Source: Octopus vulgaris
Lineage: Eukaryota
Direction: 5' to 3'
NCBI GenBank assembly: GCA_951406725.2
Contig: OX597831.1
Location: forward strand, 60,698,001 to 60,762,000
Length of the DNA: 64,000 nt
Made by a program: the position numbers and the translations under genes. The first letter of the stretch is position 1, and every line of letters begins with the position of its first letter. The notes under the pieces were generated by a model. That model did no database searches, was not told the origin of the DNA, and worked only from the letters and a program-made list of their open reading frames with translations. Positions 14,201 through 29,998 of the stretch are shown in pieces.

Positions 14201-15559
14201 TTTATATTGATGCTCCGAACGTGCCCCTCCCCCGTAACCTCTGTTCACCTCCAGAGGGGACAACATCTATTTTTTCTCCACACTTAATGTTTATTCGAAC
14301 ACAACGTCTCTAAACATTTAGTTACCCGTTCCTCAACCTGATTGTGCTATAATACTTTTCCCATTCATAGGTACATAGATTTTTAGATTGATATGTAGAT
14401 AATTGATTGATAAACATGCAGACAGACATATATATATATATATATATATACATACATATATACGTTTGTACGTCTGCATCTAATTTACGAAGTATGTGCT
14501 TATCACAAGAAAATCCGATCTCCTATCGTTATATTCAATATATTACTAATACTCTTAAATATTTTCGATACACTTTTAGCCACTCAACATGTAACAACTG
14601 CTATATATTTATTTCTTGAAATATTTGTTATCTGTAGTTCTCTAAGATGCTGATTTCCCCCTTTTTATCTTAATTTTGCGTTGTACCCATCGTAGTACCC
14701 CAGGTTTACATCATTACATTTTACATTCCATTTAAATTATACACGCTTTTCATTTGCCGTCAATATATCCCCCAAGATCCTGATTTGAAATTTTCTAAAA
14801 TAACGTCATTTACTTACTTGTCATTTGAATTTGACTATATATCAGTTGTAGTCTTTTAATGATAGTACATGCCCACACTTTAAAGGGTACTTTTGTTAGT
14901 GCAATCCACACAGAATTCATTATACATGACGATGCAATATTACTTCTAGTTGATATCAATGTTTTAAACGTTGCTATAGAAACATCATAAGTTTCAGCGT
15001 TGTCACGGAGAATTAACAAGTCATGTAGATGCCACAAATAATTTGGAGGAAAGATAATTAGCATAGTTTATGCCAGAAACATATAAGCTGTTTTATGCCC
15101 TGAGACTATGATGACTAGCAAAACGGTGGTGCCCCCGTATAGCCAGAGCTCTGAGATGAAATTACAAAAATAAAACTAAAAATAAAAACGTTATGAATAA
15201 CTACAATCACAGTTAGAATAGAAATTTAGGAGTTTTCTAGAAGGAATCCTGCTTTTGTTACAAAAATTGTAACCGGAAGTTCTGCGTTCTGCAGAAAGCT
15301 TGATAAAATTTCGTACGTAATTAAAATGTCTACGTCATTTTCATCAGGGATATTATATTTGAACGAAAAATATAATATGACTATCTTCTGGACAATATGA
15401 GGAGCGTCAGCGGAACTTAGAAATGTAATTCATTAATTTCGTCTGGAGATTTCTATTCTGAATTTTCTTTAATTAATACAATAAGATGCATTGTTAATAC
15501 GCCCTTTCAGAAGAGGTATTGCTTACCCACTAGGCTTGTCTAGCGAGAGGGATTGCTAG

Positions 15560-16030
15560 AAATCCACTGGGACTGAGAGAAAATTTGTCAAAAGGTAGGA
15601 TGAATCTAGTATAGTTCAATAATTATGTAGTAATATCATGGACCCATCAGAGGTTAATGTTTGATGTTCAGAGTTCTTAGCGCGTGTTTCTAGGAGATAC
15701 GAAGTGAAGGGCATTCAACATGTTGGGAAATTTCTGCTTCCACATTTCTGAGACTGCGACTTTGATTAGTACTGAGCATCTTGTCCTTGTTTGTCTTATG
15801 GTCTTATCAGTATGGTGGAGAAAAACTTCGAGGCGCTGAGCAAACGTTATAGGAGCAAAACTTTTGTATTGTGCAATAGCCGACGAGGTGCTTTTCAATG
15901 CAATGGCCGGGCGATTAGGATAACACCGTGACGAGTAACAACGCAGCGAGCATGAATCCGTGTGAAATCAACCATGAGTACAATAACCTCATACATGGTC
16001 ATTGCTGATATTTTGCAGGGCAATGACCAT
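15560..16030 (-). mobile_element. Possible degraded LINE AP-endonuclease region
   Basis: VIVLMVDFT resembles IIxGDFN and IRQTRTRCSVL resembles VxxPTRxxxxLD. Weak match. Confidence 0.25.
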
Positions 16031-18865
16031 TGGTGGTCTTCGTGATATTTCTCGTTCACAAGCAGATTTTAATTACGTATGCGTAATTCTTTTACAAATA
16101 TCAAATCCTGATTTTTGCTTCAATGTTTGAGATTTCTACTGGTATAATTTGGCATGGATACAGCTACCATAATAGACTAAGACATAAAGTAATGACAATT
16201 GTGCCCTAATGACCCAATCAATAATGTATGTAATTCTATAATGCTAATAAGATATACTTTTGATAACATAAATATGTTTATTTTGAGGTAATTAAAACTA
16301 TCAGAATGTGGAAAGCTGAAAGAGAAACAATATATTGTTAGATTTCTGCTGACAATAGTATCTAAGCATTCAAGTTAACAATGGAGTACTTTCACAAATA
16401 GCAAACAATTGTTTCAGCATAGCAAAATAAAGGTAAAATACAGATTAATCAATAAAATTCAGTGTTTTCGTGTTTACTTGTTACCTATATTTTATTGCTA
16501 ATTACATTTATTACTTTTTCAAATATATAAAATTATGTGCTATTGTTTGATCTCTCAGTTCAAAGTACTTGGTTCTCAGTTTCCTTTTTATTAGCTTATT
16601 TTAATTCTTCGTTTGTTTTGATTTTAATTAATTTAACAAAATCCGCTGAGAAGTTTAAAATAAAAGTTCGTTTCATACGATTTAATCTACAGAAATATTG
16701 CAGTCTTCGTATATAATTCATAAGTGCATTTAATGCATTTCTGATTAGAAAGAGGGATTGAAATGTCTTGAAGCAAATGGAAACCTTAAATTCATAAAGA
16801 GAAGAAATTTAATTGAAAGCCCAAACGACAATACCATTTTCCGATTATTGCAGCTTAGTTTTATATAATTGTGAAATTAAGTCAAAACCTTTTTTTTTCT
16901 GATTCAGATCAACTTCTAATGGAAAGAGCAAAAAAGAAGAATTTAATATATTGCATTTTTAAGAAGCTTAACAAGTGTCAATTGTACAGAAAAGTAGTTT
17001 TGTAACCAGAAATTTCAGGACATTTGGGAAGGAAATCTAAGTTCTAGTTAAAGGAAGCTGGCAAAACTTTAAAGGTGTATAAGAGCGTGTATTTGGCCTG
17101 AGATCAGGAAACTTCATTATTTGTTGGTGAAGCTTGTACAGAATGGTGTAGAAGGTTTGTTAAATAAAGAATAATATTGGCAAGTGGACAAGATGTTTGT
17201 ACAATTCAAATGATTCCTCTTATACTTATTCATTCTTCTTACAAATGTATTTTTGTCTTTTTAGATAGATTTCTATTAACAATTCGATATTTTTGTTATT
17301 TCAGCCAATTTTCTCCCTCGTATATAGTAAACATTCTACAAAGGATACTTGCTCAACAAACAACTGTACGCTACGTAAGCAATAAACTGAAAACGCTCCT
17401 GCTATGACAATAAAGATGCATTGTTTTGATAAAAATAATATTGAAAGGAATATTTTGCTGAAAATAAAACAAAACTTTTCATTCATGATATGTTATCTTT
17501 AAAACGTATTATGAACAGTGGGGCTGAATAATAGCAATGTTTATAGCTTCGAAAAATATCCGAATTAAATGGAATATTTCAATATTTGGGATTTTGCCTT
17601 GTATGAAATTTGTGTATAAACGTGACTCAGCAAGTTTAGAGAAGATATAAACGGAAGATATCTCTGCATATAAAAACACTATGAGGAAGTTATATTTGTC
17701 TTTGTTTACTACCGATCAGCTAGTTTCAGAGAATTAACATATTTATCAGATAAACTTAGACAAAATTACAACAGTGAAGTGAAAATTATGTATTTATAAC
17801 TTCAACTAGAATAATAATTTTTTTTCTACTGCAAACCAAAACTGAAGTGAAGTACTGACGAGGAAGATAATTAGTAGCGAAGATGGTTCTGATATTTTGT
17901 GTTGGAAATTTATTATCGGTTGTAAGAAAATACAAATTATATTTTAGTTTTTTTTTGTCAGTTATAACACGGTTCTATGTTAATTAAAGCAAGTAAGAAA
18001 TAGTACCAGAAATAGTAATGCAAATTTCCCTCAAATAGTACAGCATTTTCTCACAAAATTTTGGAAGTATTCAATCGCGTACAAGAGAATGTAAAATCCT
18101 TCGGGCACCAGATATAATTCATTGGTACATTACATACATTGCGTCACATAATTGGGTTATGCTTTTAGGGAATGTGCTGTTGCTTGTCCCCAAATTTTAC
18201 GAGTAAATTTTGAGTTATGAACAGTTAAGACAAGACTGTCGGAGGCACTGCTTTACCAGAAGGTACATAAATTTTGCGTAGTGAGATTGAATACAAAGCG
18301 ATATGATTGTAATGCAAATGGTTTAATGACGGGAATATCCTTGCTACATGGTATAGAAGTTACAAATATACTGCGATAAAGTGCATATCAACCATTGTAT
18401 ACAATTATATATTTTCGTTCGAAGGAACTATTTTATAATAAAAAGGGAATTATTGCAGTGTTCTGTGTATTGTCGGTGGAGCCATCGCTATTTTAAACAC
18501 CGAGTAGATAGAGCAGTATAGCCAGAACGCTTTGTCCATGCGTTAAAAAAATGTGCTTCTTACATGCGATCAAATGAATCTTAAATATATACAAATTAGT
18601 AATTATATGAGATGATATCGGTTATTTTAGACGTTTATCAATAATAATAACACCTCTTGGACAAACTGTGGAGCGATTCTTTTGTCACACGTATTTAAAA
18701 CATTTTTCGAGCCGTTTCAATAGAGAAGTCAGGAATGTCTAAGATTCCTACAAAACGAGGTTATATTACATGTATTTTCTCTATTACAAAGACTAATTAT
18801 TTGAAAATGTAACCCTTTTCCGAAATGATAAATGAAACAGGTGTAAGCGTTTCCTGAATAAGCAT

Positions 18866-18908
<43 letters not shown>

Positions 18909-19654
18909 GAGTGTGTGTGTGTCTTTATATATAAGTGTACATTACATACATGTGATAGTCATTTTGAATTCGGATAAATAGATGCAGTGGCCATATCACT
19001 GACTATAAAAGTTTACTGTGCGTTGGTTAATCGACACTTCAAACTTTGACATTTCCATCAAGAATAAAAGCTACTCTGATGCGGACTGCGTGACGAATAA
19101 TGTAAATTTGAGGTTCCCATAGGCATAAATGCTCGCACGCTCATTTCAAATCTTAATGCTCGCATTTGTATATCTGGACGATGTATTTACATTGTGTTAT
19201 CTGTACTACTGAACACACAGGCACATACATATATACATACATGCTTACATATATACATACATACATATGTATATATATACCGATAGCCTCATGTATATTT
19301 ATACATTAAGGTTAGTTAAAATATGTTTGTGACATATTTCACCTACTAAAGTGCTATAGTTACCGTGGAGAAAATATTTCTTTTATGTTAAAATGTGTGA
19401 AAAATCCCGGTTTCTTGAGTGACGCCATCTATCAGAAATGCCAGGCATCGATAACTAGAGTTTGTTGATTCTTGGGAAAGGGGTGTACCTAGCAGCTGAA
19501 TTATGTCACAAGCATATTTTAAGAAACGGGAATTTTGCTCAAACGTCTTGGCGCTAACATTTCGTTATCTATGAATTTGTGCGACACTCACTCGGTCTGT
19601 CTGCGTATTTACACACATACACACACACACAGCAAACACAGACACACACACGCA

Positions 19655-19717
<63 letters not shown>

Positions 19718-20616
19718 CATTTGGTCCCTCAAACGCCTACAGCAGTTCAAAAGTAGCTAATAATATCGTCGTAAGAGAAAGCATGCACATTAGAAGTTCA
19801 ATAATAAATATGCATACGATGCATATGTAATGTAAGTTTCTCTAATTAATTACTTAATAGATATTCATATATAGTAGTATTCTGTGAGTATGATATTAAT
19901 CATTTCATAAAAGTTGTAAATAATTACAATGTGGAGGAAATTCATGGAATATTTGTTTTATTTTCTCCAATCAACTTTAGTCGTTTACGAAGCTGTGAAG
20001 GTGAGAGAAATTTCTTAGTGTCTACTTAAAGAATAATAAATATTTTGGGGGACATTCTGCATAGAAGCGATAATTTACAGTAATGATTACTTCTAGCTTT
20101 TTCAACAAAAATACTTCGATAATCTCTTTGCAGTTGTTTGAGGCGTAAGCCTTTGTATTATGGAGTTATTTTGTAATGACATACCTATGTTTGTTGAAGA
20201 GAAGAAACAGCTATTCATTAGCATATACACCTTCTCTTTCCGGTGGATATTCAGGTAACTGCATCTAGAATGCTAGACATGCATTTGGAAATTTCGACTT
20301 ATACGACTTTTACAAAGTACATTATAATTTCATTCCGATGCAAAGAACGATTAAAAATTTTAAACCGAATTTCACACTCCATAAAACGAAATATGAAAAT
20401 GGTTACATATATGTACTCGTTTTATATATACTTATTTCGAACTCCTTTAAATTTTGACTTATTAAAGACGAAAACAATTACTGTCTAGAGCTGATTAGGA
20501 ATTCACGGGGAAAATAACTTTAGACATTATTAACATTTAATTATACCCGACCTATCCTTCCCTCGAAATACTAGTCTTGGGCTAACATTTGAAACCAATC
20601 TTATCCACTGTCAAAG

Positions 20617-20825
20617 TTATGAACTTGCAGAGTCGTTAGCATGTGGGATATAATGCCTTGCGGCATTTTGTCCGTATTTACGTTCTAAGATAATATTCTG
20701 CCAGGGATTGTTTTGCCTCTCATTCTTTCGGGTTGATAAAATAATACAATTTAAGCGTTCAGTTCGATGTAATCAACTTATCCGGGTCCACGAATTTTCT
20801 GGTCTTGTGCCAAAATTTAAAACCG
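20617..20825 (+). mobile_element. SINE family A, old degenerate copy
   Basis: Diverged match to 45662-45893 (TTTTGCCTCTCATTCTTTCGGGTTGATAAA). Confidence 0.7.
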
Positions 20826-21132
20826 TTTTCCTGTGTCGTTATAAAAAATAAAATAAGTGTAATTTTTATTTGGCCTTTTAAATATTACACGCTACGAAAC
20901 TATAACTTATACCATGAAACCATAAAATCAACAATGCACCAGTCATTAATAATCTAGACGTCTCTATCACACACTGATAAGTATCATGTTTCGTACACAC
21001 ACGGTCATATATACAGTAGATATTGTATGTTCTCAGGTGCAGTTGGATATAAAATAAAATGTAGCAACACAAAGCCGCGTTCACACATAAACGCACGCAC
21101 ACAAACGTATACGCACATACAAATACTTATGT

Positions 21133-21184
<52 letters not shown>

Positions 21185-21299
21185 CGCCCTCATTTTTTAA
21201 AATATTTATATACGCTATTAGGTATTACCGATACATTTGCCAAAGATCTCATTGGAATATGTGCCCGTTGCCCATGTCTGTGTGTGTGTGTCTATCTAT

Positions 21300-21363
<64 letters not shown>

Positions 21364-21403
21364 CATGCATATATATATTTACATATATATATATATACAT
21401 TCA

Positions 21404-21437
<34 letters not shown>

Positions 21438-23814
21438 CATACATACAAACACCCACCCACACAGATATATACATATATCGTTGCAGAACTGGCATGCCTG
21501 TACACAAAGCCATTTAAATTTGTTTTATCATTCTGTATCATATTTGCGGGATATTGAAATGTCATTTGGGATAGAGATCAAAGTTTTAAAAGTTGCTAGT
21601 TTTAACAATATTAATTTCTATGTCAAATGCTTCCCTAAGGAGCTACGGGAATATTATAAAAGGAATGAGCGCATTGCAATATATTTTAAGTGCAAACGCC
21701 ATACATTTTGTAACTATGAAATTTATAACCTCAAACACTAATCCGAAATGGACAGCGATTATGTCTCTAGTGTGTGATTTTAAGTTTGTTACCTTGTAAA
21801 CATATATTCCGTTCACCAATAAAGAAATTATAATTTCAGTTTCCTCTTTAGCATACTCTTACGGAATATCGTGTATATATTTATTTTAGACTTCTTTCTT
21901 CTTGAAACATTTTAAATTTCACATAAGACTGTTGTTTATATTTTTAGTTCTAACCAGTCTTGTGAATTAACATAAACTTTAGCTCAAATACAGCCATAAA
22001 TAACCTTTGATTCTATTCATACAAAGCAAATAATATGTTGTATATTCTGCAATACAATCAGAAAATATGTATATTAATATAAGCGTAAATACCACATATT
22101 GATGGTTAGATTGTTATTTAAGTATCGTTTTAAATAGTGAAGTAAGTAGTAGTATACTTTAATGCAAGGAAAAAGAAACTTACGATTACTCAAATCCTGA
22201 GTTAAGGACAGGGTTTTTGCTTTTGCACAATTATCGACTAATCCAAGCAGAGGTAGGAACGACTATTCAAAATCAGCGTGAAATTCAGCAGAACTACAAT
22301 GAAAAGAATTGGAAATCGTTAAAAATAATGATATTCAAATTTAAAATTATATCCGAAGAAATATTTATATTGCAGATATGATATTTCCGATGACCAGTCT
22401 TGTTGCTCTGCACCCAATATGCAAGCTGATTTTTGAAAAATATGTCTGAGGAAACGTTTGTAGTCATTATAACTTAAATAGTACAGCTAAACTGATGGTT
22501 CAAATAAATATTAAAGAATATGAAAACGAGTTTGAATATATAGTACGCTGGTTTTCACATACCCCAGGAATAATCAATAATCTGATTATTTTTTAAAAAG
22601 GTGATTTTGCATTGAATTACTAAAATACCATTATACATACAGAAGATTAAATAAAAATAATGAGACGTCTAGAAAAGGGCCAAAACCTATCGCACACTAA
22701 TATGTGAATATTAAATTAATGAGCCATGTTTATCATTGTAATATATAGACAAACATCCAAACAGACACTGAGAGATATAAACCTACTTGTAGGTAGAAAC
22801 ATACTTAATTTACTCACCAGTATCATCTCATTTTATGTAAAAGTAATCTTGTTGTATATAATCGCTATAAAATGATACCTGACAATTACTGAAAATGAAG
22901 GTATTTCGTGAAGGTTTAAGGCTATATGTTTCTAATTCTAGCAGACCAATTTGCGTCATTTATTTTTGTACTTCAATCAGAACCAATATTATTAATCAAT
23001 ATGGATAATAGGGCATTTGAGAGTGACACAGAAAATACATTACGTAATTGAATATGAACTATATCTTCACCTATAATATTAAAAGTCACTTATTGACAGT
23101 GCTTTCAAAACAGTTAGCATCACAGAATTTTATGTCCGAGATATAAGACTCCTGTTATAGTTAAATATTGGACGTTGATTCTAAATATAATATCGATTTA
23201 TCTCCATCAGCTCTGGTTATGTTATACACGATAGGGCACGGATTCATAACTACAAACTGTTATTGCTGCTTTTTGGATAAAAACTAATGTTTTCATACAA
23301 GAAAATATATTTATTTACGATAAAGTAAATACCGTCCGTGGAATCGGATAAGGATGAAACAAGCGAAAAATCGTATCCTTAACATAATGTTCATTTACTC
23401 AAGCATCTCACGAAAGCTGCGTTTCAGAGATTTCTTGAGAAGAGTTGCCTACGATCAATCACGTTTAATGGTCAACTAATTTTTCAGCTCTACATGTTAC
23501 GTTCCGTCGTCCCCGAATTCTTTCTTACATATATATCGTAAGTCTTGATTAAATCATTCCCTCCATTCGTCACATGGGTCAATAGGGTTGTCTTGGAAAC
23601 TACCCAAGCAGATGCAGATGTAATACACTATGAATGTTTATATTAATGCCAAATTGACGGAAAGAACAGATGCGTTTATTTTATTCGTCGTACAGCAGAG
23701 CGGTATAAATCAAATCTATAAATAAGTTCTGCAAAACATTATGAAAATGTAAAGATACACGGATGACAAAATAGGAACACACACACACAAACACGCTCGC
23801 ACACAAACATATAT

Positions 23815-23820
23815 GTATGC

Positions 23821-23855
<35 letters not shown>

Positions 23856-24158
23856 CGTAACAGTTCAATTTTTGAGTGAATACATCACGTTATTTTCTCC
23901 CACTTTCATTGATATAAATAAACGAGCATATAGAGATATATGCTTACACATACGTAATTGTGTGTACATATACATACAAACACAGTGGTTTAAACACGTA
24001 CACATATTGCATATACATACTATATACACTAAGAATAAGATCGGCAATATATATATATATATACACATATATGTACACGTATATGCACTTATATATAAAT
24101 ATACATATATATATAAATATATACATATATATATATAAATACTTATATATATATATAA

Positions 24159-24193
<35 letters not shown>

Positions 24194-24267
24194 CAAACAT
24201 ATATATAAATATACATGCACACACACATATATATATATACATATACATATATATATAAATATATGTG

Positions 24268-24317
<50 letters not shown>

Positions 24318-24323
24318 CATACA

Positions 24324-24357
<34 letters not shown>

Positions 24358-24385
24358 CATACATACATACATATAGATACATAGG
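23815..24385. repeat. Compound (AT)n/(ATAC)n microsatellite region
   Basis: Read directly. Source of the YIYI ORFs. Confidence 0.9.
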
Positions 24386-25480
24386 TACATTTTAAAATTA
24401 TTTTCATTATTCTTTTCTATCTTGGTAACCTGAATCTTTTCTTACTGCCTCTATTGTCTTCTTTGCGCATATGTTAGATTAAATTCTTTGGCAGATATTT
24501 CTATAGAGAGATAAACACAGCCTTAGTGCATTATATTTATTCATAATATAGTTCATGAGATATAGTACTTGAACAGGAACCCAATTTGACTTTTCACTAT
24601 TTGATATGAGAACACGATTGTTAACTTTATTCCAAGTTTCTTTTTGATTATGTAGCTTCCTCAAACATTGATAAGCTTGCAATTGTCAATGATGCTGGTA
24701 CTTGAGAATCTGTTTAAATTCAGAGCAAGACACAAAACACATTCACGTGTGTATTCTATATATACAGTGTGTTTGCACTCGCGTTTCTGTGTGTAGACGG
24801 AAGCTGTACTTGTGCGTGCGTGAGCGTCTGTGTTATCTATGTGTTTATGTATAAATCAACGTTTATAATTCAATGAAAGCAAGTTGAAACCTCTTGAAGT
24901 GGATGGTAGTTTAGAAATGATTATTCAAACGAGTCAAGAATTCCACTGACGCAGTTGCTCCCTGTTATTAAGTCATATTAAACAAATTATTTTGAAAGTT
25001 CGAACAAATAACATTCAAATCATATATTTAATATTCATTAAAAAAATGAATAATTGCTAATGCATTTTTGTACATTGAACTCTCTTTATATTGATTGCTG
25101 TGTTGTGAAGCATCTCTGAAACAATATTAATTAGCATTTGTTACGATATTATATAAGAAAAAGTTTCATGGAAATATTTTACAAGTACAACGAGCCTTTC
25201 GAGATACCGCGAAGATTTCATCTACAAAATTCTCACTATATAACAGTAAACATAGCTTGTCTTCTTTACAGTTCCAATATCCTGCATATCTACCGTTGAA
25301 AGGTATACGTTTTTTTTTCTGAAATAAAACTTTATTTAGCCCTACCTAAGAGTTTGCATAAAATTATCATTGATTAGATATAGCGGTGTGGTGAGATCAA
25401 AACTATTCTAACAACATACACTATAAATTTATTACGCTACTGAAATATGCCGGATGTTTGAATTAATATTGAATTAATAT

Positions 25481-25681
25481 TTCGAATTTTTGCTCAAGGA
25501 CATAAACTTCGGGGATTAGGTAAATCGATTACATTTACTCCAGTGGTAATTAGTTTATGAATCTCAAAATGATGAAAGGCAAAATCTACTTCGGTGGATT
25601 TTGAACTCAGAACTTGAAGATGGACGAAATGCCGCTATGTATCTTACACCGAATGCTAACGCTTCTGCCAGCTCACCACCT
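25481..25681 (-). mobile_element. SINE family A, degenerate
   Basis: Minus strand reads GGTGGTGAGCTGGCAGAAGCGTTAGCA...TTCTGAGTTCAAA...TTTTGCCTTTCATC. Confidence 0.75.
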
Positions 25682-26069
25682 ACAATTATGTTAATATTAA
25701 CAAATATTGCATCTTTTATAAACAATAATTTAATCCTAATATTTTCCTTTTTCTGCTAAAAAGTATCACCTCCTGGTAACTACGTGGTTATGGTCTAGCG
25801 TGCTGTTGTACGAATCTAATCCCAACTGTAGCGTACATTTCCCCCAGTTTCCCTTTCACCATTTCTCCTCTCACTGTCTCATTCCTTCATTTATTTCTCC
25901 AAGAGCATATCCTGACCTTACAAAGGATGTGCCTTACCGATTTTTGGTGCCGTGAGGTGGAGAAATATGAGAAACAGATTCAAATTTATGTGAGAAATAT
26001 GCGTAATTTGCTAACCGCATATGAAATGAGATTGCCAGTAGCAGTGTAAGCATTCAATGCTCGTTCTGC

Positions 26070-26087
26070 TTACATACATATATACAT

Positions 26088-26173
<86 letters not shown>

Positions 26174-26184
26174 ATATATATATA

Positions 26185-26270
<86 letters not shown>

Positions 26271-26420
26271 TATATATATATATATGTATGTATATATATA
26301 TATACATATACATACACGCATAATGTATATACATACGCATATATATACGTATAGATATAACATATACGTATATAAGTGAATGTATGAGCATCTATGCATG
26401 CGTGTGTGTGTGTGTGTGTA
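26070..26420. repeat. Compound (AT)n/(CA)n microsatellite
   Basis: Read directly from the sequence. Confidence 0.9.
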
Positions 26421-27657
26421 ACGTTTCGGTGTAATAAACAAGAATATTCTACTAAGTAAGCCACGAATAACCCATAAATTATGCATTCAAAGTTATCCAC
26501 TTTTTCGTTGTACATATATCGGTTTCTTTATAATTTCTAAGTAATAAATTCAGATCAAAAGATATTATTTACGCAAAAGTATATAAAATATTGAATAAAA
26601 GTTTAATATTATAAAAACATTCAACGTTTACTAACTCACTGAATCCCTTTGATATTCTAGAACAATATATATATAATATTTCCACGAATGTGTGAAAGTG
26701 CCATAAAATTTAATTGTGAAGTTTTAATAGTAAGCAGGCATTATTTTCTAAGCTATACTAGCAAACGCAAAAAGCCCACACATATAAATACCTACATACA
26801 TGCACTTACACGGTGAGAAGCACATATAAACGAGAAACAGAATCATACCAAAATTCACGTTGCGTAAAATAAATAAAAAACTCGCTACAAAATTGTAGAA
26901 TAAGCAGAATAATCCGTATAATTTATTTTTAGTTCAAAATTTTATTCATGAATATTCAAAAATGAACAGAGACTTTACTTACTTGTGCGTATGTCTTAGT
27001 ATTAGTGTATCACGTTTTTGTTGATAAATGTATGTGCCTACATAGTTGCGAGCAAATGAAACCAAATTCTCGCCAATCTCAAATGTCACACTATAGAAAA
27101 TTGTCTGCACTAGAACCAGGTTGATGCTTATTTCGGTTTAGTAGACACATGCACTGTGTAGTATTGTACTCAATGACAAACGCATCGCACGTTCCACGAA
27201 CTGAAACCTAAGTCTTTATAACTGTATGTTTAATATGCACTAACCGCAAAGGTTCGCGTTTTAATAGGTATAAGAATATATGTTGAAATCTATATATACA
27301 CAAACTTTCTTTGTGTTTCACACACATAAACGAACGCAGGCACACACAAACGCACATACATACACACACCGGTCCATCACTTGTTGATATACATACATAA
27401 GTAAAATGATAAAAGTATAAATAGTTAAAACTGTTAATATCATGTTAGATTAAGACATTTACATCCTTAAAATTTATGTTACATCAGTATAGATAATGAA
27501 GAGGCGGGAATTAAATGGGCATACAGAAAATTTCTTAAATCTTTGATGAGCAAAAGAGCACTGACCGAATATACCTAATAATTTATGTCCCTATCCGTGA
27601 TAGCTTTGACATATATACACACACGAATACATAAAATTGTGTGTGTGTGTTTCTGTG

Positions 27658-27699
<42 letters not shown>

Positions 27700-27705
27700 T
27701 ATATA

Positions 27706-27759
<54 letters not shown>

Positions 27760-29377
27760 TAGTATTTAATTTTCTATTTTAGTATTTAATTTTCTATTTT
27801 GAGTATACACCTTGCAGTATGAGGCCCTTTTACTGTATTCGGCTAACTTGTGTCATTCAACATTATAGATGCAAATCTCACTGGATTTACTTCGGGAGTT
27901 CCTTCATGTCCACAGAGATCATAACGTATGAGAGAAAGCAATAAGGAAATTGCATTCATGAGAATTTTTCATAAATCGGGTGAAAGGTTGTTTAAAAAGA
28001 TGTGGGGCATCATAGGAGCAGATTCTGCTGGTCAGAAGATATGTCAAAAGGTACCACGATTTTTAAATCTCAGTTTTGCTTATTTCGACTCGAATACATT
28101 TTGGTAGCTGCAGTTCGCTATTAATATACATGATAATCCTTGGTTATAAGTGGCATACAAGGAATCAAAATGTAAAAGGAATATAAATAAACAAGTTGAT
28201 GAAATACTGTCCTAACGAAAAACGTTGAATACAACCATATTCAAACTAAATGTATATATACACACAACCAAATTTCTCTCATGCTATGCTCTGTTAATAT
28301 TAACGAAAGGGAAAAGTAGAATAAATAATTTAAATTTTGTTCGGCTGTATGAATTTCATTGTTTCAATGCTTTCGTTCATCACTTGATACAAGAAAAAAG
28401 AAATTGGAGAATCCTCACCAAAGCAGAGAAAAAAATGGTTGCATTCGAAAGCCAAAAGATGATATTTAATGAGGTATAATTATATAACTAAAACAAATTC
28501 AAAATTTAAATTTCGGTACATAAAACCTAACATGTTATTTGGTCTATTACATAATTCAAATGGGTAGAAGACCTAAAACAAATATGTGTGTGTTTGTGTG
28601 TGTCAGGTTGGGTCTTTAAAAGGTGTGATATTCAGTTCAATCGTAGAAAGAATTCAAATGACTATCAGCCACACCTTCTCACTCTCTCTCTCTCTCTTCT
28701 CTCTCACCTCCACTCGACACGCGTCAAATTTAAGTATCAAAAATTTCTCACTACGTTCGTTTCTGGTTCGATGGCCCAGTTGCCATGGGTATTGAGAAGT
28801 AATACGACACTATATGTGGTGATTTCAAATCTCTTCCAGAAATTTCAAGAGATCTTGTTAGTAATTTTTTATTTAAGCAACAAAATTCTTTGTCTTAAGC
28901 GTGACACACGGGTCAAGTACGTACAAAAACAAATCGGCGTATTAATATTATTGATGATAATAATAATAATAATAACAATAATAACGCTTTAGACACATTG
29001 TTGAAATTTGTGGAGAGAGGAGCAGTTAATATCATCGACGGGATAATTATATTTACATATTGTTTTAACACAGAACGAAAATTGATGAAACCAATTTCGA
29101 AGGTTGCAGATAAAATCATGCAGGTAATAACAAGTAGGGATCAAAGGAACAATTTAATGCAACAAAATTGGTCGAAACAACTGTACTGATGAATAAAGAT
29201 TCTCGTATCTTCTTCCATACTAGGTCTCTCCTATTAAACACACACATATATATGAGGAGCAAAATAGCGAGTTTTAGATCTCTAAATGAGATCTAAGTAG
29301 TAACGATACTGTACAATAAAGTTCATCTGCCAGTGTTGTGTGGCTGTCTTACGCAGAACTATGTTACCACCATTTAA

Positions 29378-29639
29378 CCCCAGGAAAAATCTTTCCCAGC
29401 TGGTTATCGGCACATGATCTGTGTCTGAAATATACTGTGAGCAAGGGACCGTAAGTTCGAACGACTGCCACCTCTAGCCGGCAGTTATTGAGTACCGAGG
29501 ACGAGAAATAACCCAGGAACCATTAGTCTGCTGATAAGTCTAGTAGCTAGAGAAGATTAGTAAGCTACCTCGCTCACAGTATTTTTCAGACACAGACCGT
29601 GTGGCTCGATAACCAGCTGCAAATGAAGTTTCCCTGGGG
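29378..29639. mobile_element. piggyBac-type MITE
   Basis: TTAA on both sides (29374-29377 and 29640-29643), CCC...GGG termini and imperfect TIRs of about 70 bp (CAGCTGGTTATCG..TCTGTGTCTGAAA.ATACTGTGAGC and its reverse complement). Confidence 0.85.
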
Positions 29640-29998
29640 TTAAAAGGTAGTAAGTTAGTTTTAATTGTTGACAATTCTAAAACGCACGCAATCCACATTT
29701 TGAATCACAACCTGTGTACTTCCAAGAGTCGAAAGAAGAAACATATGCCAAATACAAAAGGTCGATTAGTGATTGTCTATCGTAATAGAATGAAGATTGT
29801 AATGCATCAGCTGTAGCACAAGGTCTTGTAACATAGCATCCAACACACAAGTGAAGAAGACGGTTGTAAGGGCAACATTGAAGGTCAAATCCCTTAGTCA
29901 AATCTAAAGGGACTTGACCTTTGAACTTTGTTCTCTATTCTTGCCTATACCCACACACAAATGCACACACACACACCCACACACATATATATATATAT

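Noticed and set aside
16908-17154. Exon-like segment with good acceptor (TTTTTTTTTCTGATTCAG) and GT donor
   Set aside because: Stops in all three frames and no recognisable protein. At most a non-coding or pseudo-exon.
24479-24710. Minus-strand SEKSNWVPVQVLY resembling the Cys-loop receptor WxPDxxLYN motif
   Set aside because: Single weak motif, key Asp missing and no Cys-loop or TM segments in register.
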